DNA of 64,000 nucleotides, from contig NC_058368.1 of the NCBI RefSeq assembly GCF_018350175.1, positions 57,042,001-57,106,000 of the forward strand, given 5' to 3'. Position numbers and translations under genes: made by a program. Below the pieces are notes generated by a model that made no database searches, had not been told where the DNA came from, and saw only the letters and a list, made by a program, of their open reading frames with translations. The stretch's first letter is position 1. The number at the start of each line of letters is the position of its first letter. The stretch comes from Felis catus (taxonomy: Eukaryota). Below, piece after piece: positions 49,688-62,229 of the stretch.

Positions 49688-52600
49688 AAAAGAAATAATT
49701 CATTTCTCTGCACGAGAAGTAAAAGTACCTATGTTTCTTTTCCTTTGCATGTACCACCAAGTACAGTCTTAAGGTTAAGTAGGACTTAGATCAAATCAAT
49801 CTCACGAACCTGTTTGATGTTTGTCTCCTGACACCCTTCTTTGGAAAAGACAAGATCTTGTGACATTTTATCCATTCATTTAATCAATGCATGTATTGAG
49901 CATCTATTTTGTTGTGGGCACAGTGCTAGCTACTGGTGACCCTGACATGGACAAACCAGATATGCTCCTCTCCTCATGGATTTGGTGCATGTTCCCTGTG
50001 GAATTCAGATGGTATTCTCTGATGGGACACTGAACTCCTCATGATTTTAGCAGTATTTTCTTTACCCCCTTTTTCAAACTTCTTGTATTTTAAGAGGTAC
50101 ATTTTATTATAACATTTTTAATAATAACTAGGAATAATATTAAATAGGAAATATGTGATTGAAAAATATTCCTTATTATCTGTCTTTATCATATTATAAT
50201 CTAACCAATAAAATTGAAAAGAGTGACATCTATGTATCAAAGTAAGGGAAATGTACAATTCACCTGGTAACCACTGATAAACACTTATATAATTTGCCCA
50301 GATTGGTTTATCACATAACAATAAACTGTAAAGAAAACTTTTCTAGGTATTTTCAAGTCTCAATTTTTCTTTTGACAGCAAATGCTAATGGCATTTGCAA
50401 TTTAGCATAGCTATTAACTGATATCAGTCCAAAGAGAAGTCCTATTCCAATTCCCACTGAAATCCATGCACTTCCTAATACTGAAATTATTCCATCTTTA
50501 TTTAAAAATCTTAAATTGCACCATTTTCATCAGCGGCACATTGCTTGGAAGCAGTTTTCCCAGCAGTCCTTTTTACCACACATCAATCAACATGATTAGT
50601 CCTGCCAAATACTCAAAGAAAGAAAAAAGTGAAAATAAGACCAACTTGCCAGGTATAACTTTGTAGTTCAAATGATTTGAAATCTCTGTACTAGTGATCA
50701 TTGTAGCCCTGGGAATATTTAGAGGAAAGTAGTCTTGAAGTGAAATTTATTTAAAAAAAAATCTTTAAAGAAAAATCTATTTTCACTTTCTTGAATACTT
50801 TTTACAAAAATGTTAAATGGATGGTGATGAGCTCCTAAATTTCAATTCCCAATAATTTAGACAATGCATCAATGATTACTTGTAAAACAAACCTAAGGAA
50901 AAATATATAAGCAAACTGCCCAAATATATTTTTCTATATTCACTGTCATTAAACATAACTCCTCTGTAATTGCATAACAAAATGAGATCACTTTCTAACT
51001 TGCAAAGGTAACAATTTACACAGATAAAATAATGCTCTTTTAGCTAAGTATTTTAGACAATTTTTAAAATTTTTTTGTTTTCCTTATTAGTACTGTGGTA
51101 TCAATAATAATGCTAAAGTAATTCAGTAGTATAATACTTTGCTATTTTTACCTAGACTTTCTTTGTAGTTTATTGGCAGATGACAGATTTTAGTATAACT
51201 TAAAATTTAAGACTAAAAATTTAATATAAAACTGTAATATGCATCAGTCTCAGGTGAAGTCATGGGAAACAGTACATATGAGGACTCTACAACCAGCTCA
51301 AAGAGTTCTTACTTTTTTTTTCCCAATATGATGTGCTATGTGAACAAATGAAAAGTTGATGGTCTTTTCTATTCAAAGTTTTACAAATGAGATTCTTCAC
51401 TCTAGTATTTTTCAATTTTTCCCTATATTTATACACACACATTGGGGATGGATATACTATATGTACATACCTGGTCAGGAAGAAAGATATATGTATCTGA
51501 TGAAGAGGGATGTATATTACATTGAGATCCTAGACAGGAAATTCAGTTGAAAGTATATATGAAAAGGAAATATCGGTGTCAGGTGGCAAAAGTGCTAGAC
51601 AATAGAAGATATTGTCATTGAATTCCAGAGACTATCATTCCTTTCCCAACTATCCACCTATACCACCCCACCCCCCACTTTAATATATGTGTTGGATGGG
51701 TTACCAATAATCTAAGACTCTAATAAGTATCTCATCCTCTTGCCATTTATTGCACCAGAAACCCCAGCCTAGATCAATCAACATACAGTATTCTCACGGT
51801 AAAAGGAATGAATACAATAGAAGCCAACAAGAGTTTACCACTGACTTCCCAGAAAAGTTTTCCACTTATAAAATCTCGGCAACATCCATCCCTTTGCTAC
51901 TGAATAAAATTGCTATTGCTTCCAGCAATCATTCTAAATCTACCATGACTGTCAAAGAATGACTGAGTGGGACCATGGAAAGGGTATGCATAAATTGTTA
52001 CTGTATGCCATTAAATCATCAGACCCTGAATCCTATGCTCACTGTAGGATTTCTCTGATGTGATTAAATATATATTAATACTGTTAGAAGCAATTTGAAT
52101 TGGACTTTCTGCACCTTGAAGCTAAAATCATTTTAAATAAAAGATTGCCTCTAAGTTTGATTGAATGTTAGCTTGATCTTGATTCAGTAATTGATTCACC
52201 CTTTGGACATTTATTAAAGATCTACTGGCTCAGTAAAGACTACATTTGGCTGCCAATAAGTGCCTTATATGTTTATTTCTATCTTGTATAAACACACTCT
52301 AGATGTAAGTGGTCCCAAACCAGTTATTGTGCTTAGTCTATGAACTCCCCAGGGAACCAAGGACTATCCTGTTCAGAACTTTGTCATGTTCTGAATGGGT
52401 TTGCCACCCCCCACCCAATCTCATGTTCCAAAACAGAATGTATGCATCCCAAGAACTGACAGGAGGGAGGAGATGAAAAGGTCAAAATGTATCTGACAGC
52501 TCTCTTAAGGAAAATTTCTGGAAGCTTCCAGATTACATTTCTATCCATATTCCATCTGATCTGAATTTATCCACACAGTCACACTGGAGTCCTTGGGGGG

Positions 52601-53705
52601 TGGGGGAGAAGAAAAGAAAAAAAATCATGTGTATTCTGAATTGGAATGTGTAATTTTGGAAAAATGGGAGTATGGATATTCAGGACAACCAAGAATCTTC
52701 GCTGCTACCACTGTGCCAGAAATTCTGTTAGCTTTGGATATTAACCAAATACATAATTTACAATAATGACAAGTATATTCCCAGTAGAAAGGATAACCAT
52801 GCCTTATTGCACAAACCACAATAATTATAAGTGTAAAAGAAGGCACCATTAAAAATTATGCTGGGTAGATCAACATAAATTGAAACTTCTCATGAACTTT
52901 ATGTATATAAGGAATTTCTTATTTAGGTATCAAAGCCCTTTGCACTTGTTATACATAATTAAAACATGTTATATTTGTTGTGTAATTTTACTTACTCAAT
53001 TGTATGTTCCTGGTATTTTAAAATTTAAAAGCTAAAATAACTTATTAATGGCTAAATATCATAGGAAAATTTATTATTTTAGACATTTGGGGACATTTTG
53101 AAAACTGTAAATGAACGTGTCCATACATTTTATTCTGTGTGATAACATTTGAACAGTTTCTATGTTTTATTCTTTGAGTATTTCTTTTCCTCTATGGTTA
53201 AGCTGTCAGGTATTAATCTTGGTTTTGATCACTATGCTTTTAGGAGTCATTCTAACACCCCCATATAAAATTGTTCTAAAGTAGTTTGCTCTGGGCTGAA
53301 CAAAAAAAATGAAAGAGCTTATTAGAATAGTGTGTAAAAAAAATGCCAAGATATATCCAACAGAGTAAAGTACATGAATTTCAGGGCATAAAACTTTAGA
53401 CAACCATTTCAATCTTCATGCCTGTGATTGCTTACTTTAATTTTCAATGATTGCTCAAGAGACTTCAGATTATTAAAGGAATCTGTGCATATAAAATATA
53501 AAAATATGTCCATTTTCTATACATTATATCACATTCATTCATTAGTTTTATGCAAATTGCTAATTCACTCGTCATTGCCTTCCTGTAAGAAATCAAGTAT
53601 ATTGTCACTATGAACTCAGGGAAACAGAAATTAATCCATGTTGTTCAAAGAGGCTAAATGGTTACACAGGTGGTGGAGGACTGAATGATCAAAAGAAAGA
53701 TGACA

Positions 53706-53935
53706 GGCGGCGCCTGGATGGCTCAGTCAGTTAAGCGTCTGACTTCAGCTCAGGTCACTATCTCACAGTCTGTGAGTTCAAGCCCCACGTCGCGCTCTGT
53801 GCTGACAGCTCAGAGCCTGGAGCCTGCTTCATATTCTGTGTCTCGCTCTCTCTCTCTGCCCCTTCCCCACTCATGCTCTGTCTCTCTCTGTCTCAAAAAT
53901 AAATAAAAACATTAAAAAAAAGAAATTATTTAAAA
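53706..53935 (+). mobile_element. CanSINE (SINEC_Fc-type)
   Basis: TSD aaaagaaagatgacagg at 53691-53707 and 53936-53952. Confidence 0.96.
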
Positions 53936-54322
53936 AAAAGAAAGATGACAGGGGCTGAAGGAATAAATTGGAAGAGATAATACTAAGAAATAGAAGTTGT
54001 TAGTAATGTCTCTCAACTGGAGGGCACCAGCCTACATCAGCTACTGCACACTAGGAGAGGCTATAGTGGTAGTTCTGGACACACTAATAAGATGAGTGGC
54101 ATTGACACAATCAAAATGTGTTCAAGTATATCTCACTGCTACCACTGCTCTAAGTAATGCTAGCAAGTGCCAATACAGAAGTCACCCCACCTTATCCATG
54201 AAGGATACATTCCAAGAACCTTCAGTGGATACCTGAAACCATGGACAGTACCAAACCCTATATGTACTATGTTTTTTCCTATATATACATACCTATGATA
54301 AAGTTTAATCTATGAATTAAGC

Positions 54323-55244
54323 GGCGGCAAGATGGCGGCTTAGGAGGACGCTGGGCTCACCGCGCGTCCTGCTGATCACTTAGATTCCCCTACACCTGCC
54401 TAAATAACCCAGAAAACCGCCAGAGGATTAGCAGAACGGAGTCGCTGGAGCCAAACGCAGACGAGAGGCCCACAGAAGAGGGTAGGAAGGGCAGCGAGGC
54501 GGTACGCGCTCCACGGACTGGCGGGAGGTAGCCGGGGCGGAGGGGCGGCTCGCCGGCCAAGCAGAGCCCCTAAGTCTGGCTTGCAAAAGCGGAGGGGCCT
54601 GACGGACTGTGTTCCCACAACAAGCGCGACTTAGCGTCTGGGAGGTCATAAGTTACCAGCTCTGCTTGGGAAGCGGGAAGGCTGGAGGACAAAGGGAGGG
54701 AGAGCTGCTGAGCCCCCTGACGACAGAGCTCAGCTTGGTGGGGAACAAAGGCGCTCGCCAGAGCCATCTCTCCCGCCCATCCCCCAGCCAAAATCCCAAA
54801 GAGAACCAGTTCCTGCCAGGGAACTTGCTCACTCCGCGCAAACACCCAACTCTGTGCTTCTGCAGAGCCAAACCTCCGGCAGCGGATCTGACTCCCTCCC
54901 GCTGCCACAGGGCCCCTCCTGAAGAGGATCACCTAAGGAGAAGCGATCTAAGCCTGCCCCTCCTGCCCCTGTGCACCTTGCCTACCCACCCCAGCTAATA
55001 CGCCAGATCCCCAGCATCACAAGCCTGGCAGTGTGCAAGTAGCCCAGACGGGCCACGCCACCCCACAGTGAATCCCACCCCTAGGAGAGGGGAAGAGAAG
55101 GCACCACCACTCTGACTGTGGCCCCAGCGGTGGGCTGGGGGCAGACATCAGGTCTGACTGCGGCCCCGCCCACCAATTCCAGTTATACACCACAGCACAG
55201 GGGAAGTGCCCTGCAGGTCCTCACCATGCCAGGGACTATCCAAA
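54323..55244 (+). promoter_or_regulatory. L1 5' UTR internal promoter / CpG island with YY1 site
   Basis: caagatggcggc at 54328-54339 matches the YY1 consensus at the element's 5' end; GC boxes (ggggcggaggggcgg ~54534-54548); the only CpG-dense stretch in the window. Confidence 0.8.
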
Positions 55245-56134
55245 ATGACCAAGCAAAAGAATTCCCCTCAGAAGAATCTCCGGGAAATAACAACAGCTAA
55301 TGAACTGATCAAAAAGGATTTAAATAATATAACAGAAAGTGAATTTAGAATAATAGTCATAAAATTAATCGCTGGGCTTGAAAACAGTATACAGGACAGC
55401 AGAGAATCTCTTGCTACAGAGATCAAGGGACTAAGGAACAGTCACGAGGAGCTGAAAAACGCTTTAAACAAAATGCATAACAAAATGGAAACCACCACAG
55501 CTCGGCTTGAAGAGGCAGAGGAGAGAATAGGTGAACTAGAAGATAAAGTTATGGAAAAAGAGGAAGCTGAGAAAAAGATAAAAAAATCCAGGAGTATGAG
55601 GGGAAAATTAGAGAACTAAGTGATACACTAAAAAGAAATAATATACGCATAATTGGTATCCCAGAGGAGGAAGAGAGAGGGAAAGGTGCTGAAGGGGTAC
55701 TTGAAGAAATAATAGCTGAGAACTTCCCTGAACTGGGGAAGGAAAAAGGCATTGAAATCCAAGAGGCACAGAGAACTCCCTTCAGACGTAACTTGAATCG
55801 AACTTCTGCACGACATATCATAGTCAAACTGGCAAAATACAAGGATAAAGAGAAAATTCTGAAAGCAGCAAGGGGTAAACGCACCCTCACATATAAAGGG
55901 AGACCTATAAGACTCGTGACTGATCTCTCTTTTGAAACTTGGCAGGCCAGAAAGAATTGGCACGAGATTTTCAGGGTGCTAGACAGAAAAAATATGCAGC
56001 CGAGAATCCTTTATCCAGCAAGTCTGTCATTTAGAATAGAAGGAGAGATAAAGGTCTTCCCAAACAAACAAAAACTGAAGGAATTTGTCACCACTAAACC
56101 AGCCCTACAAGAGATCCTAAGGGGGACCCTGTGA
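55245..56134 (+). pseudogene. L1 ORF1p (RNA-binding chaperone), frameshifted
   Basis: MTKQKNSPQK...coiled coil...; net -1 shift near 55575 (gaaaaagataaaaaaatccag), then ..NNIRIIGIPEEEE..RHIIVKL..LYPASLSF..KPALQEILRGTL*. Confidence 0.93.
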
Positions 56135-56184
56135 GACAAAGTCCCAGAGACATCACTACAAGCATAAAACATACAGACATCACA

Positions 56185-59100
56185 ATGACTCTAAACCCAT
56201 ATCTTTCTATAATAACACTGAATGTAAATGGATTAAATGCGCCAACCAAAAGACATAGGGTATCAGAATGGATAAAAAAATAAGACCCATCTATTTGCTG
56301 TCTACAAGAGACTCATTTTAGACCTGAGGACACCTTTAGATTGAGAGTGAGGGGATGGAGAACTATTTATCATGCGACTGGAAGCCAAAAGAAAGCTGGA
56401 GTAGCCATACTTATATCAGACAAACTAGACTTTAAATTAAAGGCTGTAACAAGAGATGAAGAAGGACATTATATAATAGTTACAGGGTCTATCCATCAGG
56501 AAGAGCTAACAATTATAAATGTCTATGCGCCGAATACCGGAGCCCCCAAATATATAAAACAATTACTCATAAACATAAGCAACCTTATTGATAAGAATGT
56601 GGTAATTGCAGGGGACTTTAACACCCCACTTACAGAAATGGACAGATCATCTAGACACACGGTCAATAAAGAAACAAGGGCCCTGAATGAGACATTGGAT
56701 CGGATGGACTTGACAGATATATTTAGAACTCTGCATCCCAAAGCAACAGAATATACTTTCTTCTCGAGTGCACATGGAACATTCTCCAAGATAGATCATA
56801 TACTGGGTCACAAAACAGCCCTTCATAAGTACACAAGAATTGAAATTATACCATGCATACTTTCAGACCACAATGCTATGAAGCTTGAAATCAACCACAG
56901 AAAAAAGTCTGGAAAACCTCCAAAGGCATGGAGGTTAAAGAACACCCTACTAACGAATGAGTGGGTCAACCAGGCAATTAGAGAAGAAATTAAAAAATAT
57001 ATGGAAACAAACGAAAATGAAAATACAACAATCCAAACACTTTGGGACGCAGCGAAGGCAGTCCTGAGAGGAAAATACATTGCAATCCAGGCCTATCTCA
57101 AGAAACAAGAAAAATCCCAAATACAAAATCTAACAGCACACCTAAAGGAACTAGAAGCAGAACAGCAAAGGCAGCCTAAACCCAGCAGAAGAAGAGAAAT
57201 AATAAAGATCAGAGCAGAAATAAACAATATAGAATCTAAAAAAACTGTAGAGCAGATCAACGAAACCAAGAGTTGGTTTTTTGAAAAAATAAACAAAATT
57301 GACAAACCTCTAGCCAGGCTTCTCAAAAAGAAAAGAAATGACCCAAATAGATAAAATCATGAATGAAAATGGAATTATTACAACCAATCCCTCAGAGATA
57401 CAAACAATTATCAGGGAATACTATGAAAAATTATATGCCAACAAAATGGACAACCTGGAAGAAATGGACAAATTCCTGAACACCCACACGCTTCCAAAAC
57501 TCAACCAGGAGGAAATAGAAAGCTTGAACAGACCCATAACCAGTGAAGAAATTGAATCGGTTATCAAAAATCTCCCAACAAATAAGAGTCCAGGACCAGA
57601 TGGCTTCCCAGGGGAGTTCTACCAGACGTTTAAAGCAGAGATAATACCTATCCTTCTCAAGCTATTCCAAGAAATAGAAAGGGAAGGAAAACTTCCAGAC
57701 TCATTCTATGAAGCCAGTATTACTTTGATTCCTAAACCAGACAGAGACCCAGTAAAAAAAGAGAACTACAGGCCAATATCCCTGATGAATATGGATGCAA
57801 AAATTCTCAATAAGATACTAGCAAATCGAATTCAACGGCATATAAAAAGAATTATTCACCATGATCAAGTAGGATTCATTCCTGGGATGCAGGGCTGGTT
57901 CAACATTTGCAAATCAATCAACGTGATACATCACATTAACAAAAAAAAAGAGAAGAACCATATGATCCTGTCAATCGATGCAGAAAAGGCCTTTGACAAA
58001 ATCCAGCACCCTTTCTTAATAAAAGCCCTTGAGAAAGTCGGGATAGAAGGAACATACTTAAAGATCATAAAAGCCATTTATGAAAAGCCCACAGCTAACA
58101 TCATCCTCAACGGGGAAAAACTGAGAGCCTTTTTCCTGAGATCAGGAACACGACAAGGATGCCCACTCTCACCGCTGCTGTTTAACATAGTGCTGGAAGT
58201 TCTAGCATCAGCAATCAGACAACAAAAGGAAATCAAAGGCATCAAAATTGGCAAAGATGAAGTCAAGCTTTCGCTTTTTGCAGATGACATGATATTATAC
58301 ATGGAAAATCCGATAGACTCCACCAAAAGTCTGCTAGAACTGATACAGGAATTCAGCAACGTTGCAGGATACAAAATCAATGTACAGAAATCAGTTGCAT
58401 TCTTATACACTAACAATGAAGCAACAGAAAGACAAATAAAGAAACTGATCCCATTCACAATTGCACCAAGAAGCATAAAATACCTAGGAATAAATCTAAC
58501 CAAAGATGTAAAGGATCTGTATGCTGAAAACTATAGAAAGCTTATGAAGGAAATTGAAGAAGATTTAAAGAAATGGAAAGACATTCCCTGCTCATGGATT
58601 GGAAAAATAAATATTGTCAAAATGTCAATACTACCCAAAGCTATCTACACATTCAATGCAATCCCAATCAAAATTGCACCAGCATTCTTCTCGAAGCTAG
58701 AACAAGCAATCCTAAAATTCATATGGAACCACAAAAGGCCCCGAATAGCCAAAGGAATTTTGAAGAAGAAGACCAAAGCAGGAGGCATCACAATCCCAGA
58801 CGTTAGCCTCTACTACAAAGCTGTGATCATCAAGACAGCATGGTATTGGCACAAAAACAGACACATAGACCAATGGAATAGAATAGAAACCCCAGAACTA
58901 GACCCACAAACGTATGGCCAACTCATCTTTGACAAAGCAGGAAAGAACATCCAATGGAAAAAAGACAGCCTCTTTAACAAATGGTGCTGGGAGAACTGGA
59001 CAGCAACATGCAGAAGGTTGAAACTAGACCACTTTCTCACACCATTCACAAAAATAAACTCAAAATGGATAAAGGACCTAAATGTGAGACAGGAAACCAT

Positions 59101-60007
59101 CAAAACCTTAGAGGAGAAAGCAGGAAAAGACCTCTCTGACCTCAGTCGTAGCAATCTCTTACTCGACACATCCCCAAAGGCAAGGGAATTAAAAGCAAAA
59201 GTGAATTACTGGGACCTTATGAAGATAAAAAGCTTCTGCACAGCAAAGGAAACAACCAACAAAACTAAAAGGCAACCAACGGAATGGGAAAAGATATTCG
59301 CAAATGACATATCGGACAAAGGGCTAGTATCCAAAATCTATAAAGGGCTCACCAAACTCCACACCCGAAAAACAAATAACCCAGTGAAGAAATGGGCAGA
59401 AAACATGAATAGACACTTCTCTAAAGAAGACATCCGGATGGCCAACAGGCACATGAAAAGATGTTCAGCGTCGCTCCTTATCAGGGAAATACAAATCAAA
59501 ACCACACTCAGGTATCACCTCACGCCAGTCAGAGTGGCCAAAATGAACAAATCAGGAGACTCTAGATGCTGGAGACGATGTGGAGAAACAGGAACCCTCT
59601 TGCACTGTTGGTGGGAATGCAAATTGGTGCAGCCGCTCTGGAAAGCAGTGTGGAGGTTCCTCAGAAAATTAAAAATAGACCTACCCTATGACCCAGCAAT
59701 AGCACTGCTAGGAATTTATCCAAGGGATACAGGAGTACTGATGCATAGGGCCACTTGTACCCCAATGTTCATCGCAGCAATCTCAACAATAGCCAAATTA
59801 TAGAAAGAGCCTAAATGTCCATCAACTGATGAATGGATAAAGAAATTGTGGTTTATATACACAATGGAATATTACGTGGCAATGAGAAAAAATGAAATAT
59901 GGCCTTTTGTAGCAACGTGGATGGAACTGGAGAGTGTGATGCTAAGTGAAATAAGTCATACAGAGAAAGACAGATACCATATGGTTTCACTCTTATGTGG
60001 ACTCTGA
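56185..60007 (+). pseudogene. L1 ORF2p (APE endonuclease, RT, CCHC), disrupted
   Basis: MTLNPYLSIITLNVNGLN; TAA at 56281; EN motifs CCLQETH, GDFNTP, SDHNA; frameshift near 57335; RT motifs [26 protein letters not shown] at 59801; natural stop at 60005-60007. Confidence 0.95.
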
Positions 60008-61651
60008 GAAATTAACAGGAACCCATGGGGGGAGGGGAAGGAAAAAAAAAACAGGTTAGAGTGGGAGAGAGCCAAAGCATAAGAGACTGTTAAAAACTGA
60101 GAACAAACTGAGGGTTGATGGGGGGTGGGAGGGAGGAGAGGGTGGGTGATGGGTATTGAGGAGGGCACCTTTTGGGATGAGCACTGGGTGTTGTATGGAA
60201 ACCAATTTGTCAATAAATTTCATATAAAAAAAAATCTATGAATTAAGCATAGGAAGAGATTAACAACAATAATAAAAATAGAACAATTATAATAGTATAC
60301 CGTAATAAAAGTTATATACATGTGATCTCTTTATCTCTTAAAATATCTTATTGTCCTGTACTCACCCTTCTTGTTATGATGATGTGAAATGATTAAATGC
60401 CTTGTGATAAGATGAAGTGAGATAGGTGATGTAGGCATTGTGACATAGCATTAGGCTACTGCTGACCTCCTGAGGATATATCAGAAGGAGGATCATCTGC
60501 TTCCAGATCCCAGCTGACCACAGGTAACAGAAACCATGGGAAGTGAAAACAGGGGACCACTGTAACTGCTGTGCTAGAATCAGGAAGCTCCTCTTTCTCT
60601 CCTCCCTTCTGATCTATCAGCAATGAATCCTGTTGGCAGAACCTGTTAGAAAACCAGCCAGTAAGACATGAGACAAATGCAGTTTGTGAATTCTCAGTGT
60701 TCTAAAGGACAATGGAGAACAGAAAATAACAAAAATAGAGAACAAAATTAAATAAGCAAAGACACAAATGAAGACCAAAATTTGAACTTGAGAAGATTAA
60801 CCATAAAAATAGAAAGTGAGGATTGATCTTATTGGCTCTTGAATAGATCTATGATGTTTGCTTCTTACTCTCATGATTGCTCTGTAGGCTCTTCTGCCTG
60901 GAAATTTTAGAGTAACTCAGAGACAGTCTCATTACTCAATTCAATTTGGATTTTACTTTAGTTAATTAAGAGAATACTCAGTACATGGGTCACACAGACA
61001 TATGAAGCACATGTACACAATTAGACTGAGATCTCCCATAATTCTCTGGAATGTTGACATGACCCAATAAATTCACTTGTTTTCTACAATGAAATTATTT
61101 TTTCTGCCTTTATGACTGTTCTCATTGTAGTAAACACACATTTCTTCATTTTCCTTTACCATTCATCTAAAATACATATATACACTATATCGATGCACAT
61201 ACTTGTATTAATTAGGACAACTTAGGTTTTATTGAGCTAACAAGCAACACCAAATTCTGTACACACAAAGGTTTATTTCTTGCTTCCCTCTATCTGCTTG
61301 TAGGCTCAGATGTCTGTTTAGATGACTCTGTTTCTTGCCATCCACGTGGCTAATCAGTCATCTAGGCTGCTCAGATCTTATCATTCCTCCTCCACCTCTG
61401 AATAAGGTCTTCTTGCATTTCCCAGTGGGATATGGTACAAGTGGAAGGTCTCACATGGGCTTTCCTAAGACTATGCATGGAAGTGATTTGTTACTTCTAG
61501 TCACAAATCACAAAGTCAACTGAAATGTAACGGAGCTAGAAAAATAGGAGATCCTATGTCTTTTACACTTACTATTTGCCACTAAAGGTCTCAGGGGCTA
61601 GGAATACAAAGAAGGAAATAAACACATCATCTGACAAAATGTTCTTGGGTA

Positions 61652-61871
61652 GGGGCGCTTGGGTGGCACAGTCGGTTAAGCGTCCGACTTCAGCCAGGTC
61701 ACGATCTTGCGGTCCGTGAGTTCGAGCCCCGCGTCAGGCTCTGGGTGGCTCAGAGCCTGGAGCCTATTTCCGATTCTGTGTCTCCCTCTCTCTCTGCCCC
61801 TCCCCCGTTCATGCTCTGTCTCTCTCTGTCCCCAAAAAAAATAAACGTTGAAAAAAAAATTGAAAAAAAAA
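61652..61871 (+). mobile_element. Young CanSINE (SINEC_Fc), no clear TSD
   Basis: Near-consensus body with a small internal deletion (ctggg^tggctc); flanks share only aaaatg. Confidence 0.96.
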
Positions 61872-62229
61872 TGAGAGACTACTTAAAGTAGCAAAGTCTG
61901 GAAGAACATCCCTGAAGATGTGACATTTGAGTTCAGATCCCTATGGGATGTGCTTTGTTTGAGATCTGTTTACTACTGATTCTGACCCAGACTCTATAGT
62001 TACATGCTAAACTGTGGATTTTTTATTTAGTTGAGATGTAAATAACTTCTGACCAGAATAACTCAGTCATGATTATATTTCCTTCTAAAGCATAAATATT
62101 GTAAACATAAAATTCTGAACTTAAGTTTGTATATAAGCTGGTGATTTTTACTATTTATTTCTTAATTCTTATAATCAATTCTTAAAATGTTCCCATCTCT
62201 GCAACAAGTATAGCTGTGACTGTACTTTG

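Larger units (their letters stand above)
54323..60232 (+). mobile_element. Full-length young felid LINE-1 (L1_Fc-like), inactivated
   Basis: CpG-rich 5' UTR, ORF1, 50-bp spacer, ORF2, G-rich 3' UTR, AATAAA at 60212, short poly(A); perfect TSD aatctatgaattaagc at 54307-54322 and 60233-60248. Confidence 0.98.
54176..60562. mobile_element. MER44/Tigger7-family non-autonomous DNA transposon split by the L1 (parts 54176-54322 and 60233-60562)
   Basis: TA flanks at 54174-75 and 60563-64; TIR relics cagaagtcaccccaccttatcc and ggggaccactg; body text runs on across the L1 (tacctatgataaagtttaatctatgaattaagcataggaagagattaacaacaata). Confidence 0.82.

Noticed and set aside
54570..54998. Other 72-129-aa ORFs in the L1 5' UTR
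   Set aside because: Non-ATG starts (GTG/TTG) in GC-rich sequence
55549..59169. Antisense ORFs overlapping L1 ORF1 and ORF2
   Set aside because: By-product of the A-rich sense strand, which leaves few antisense stops
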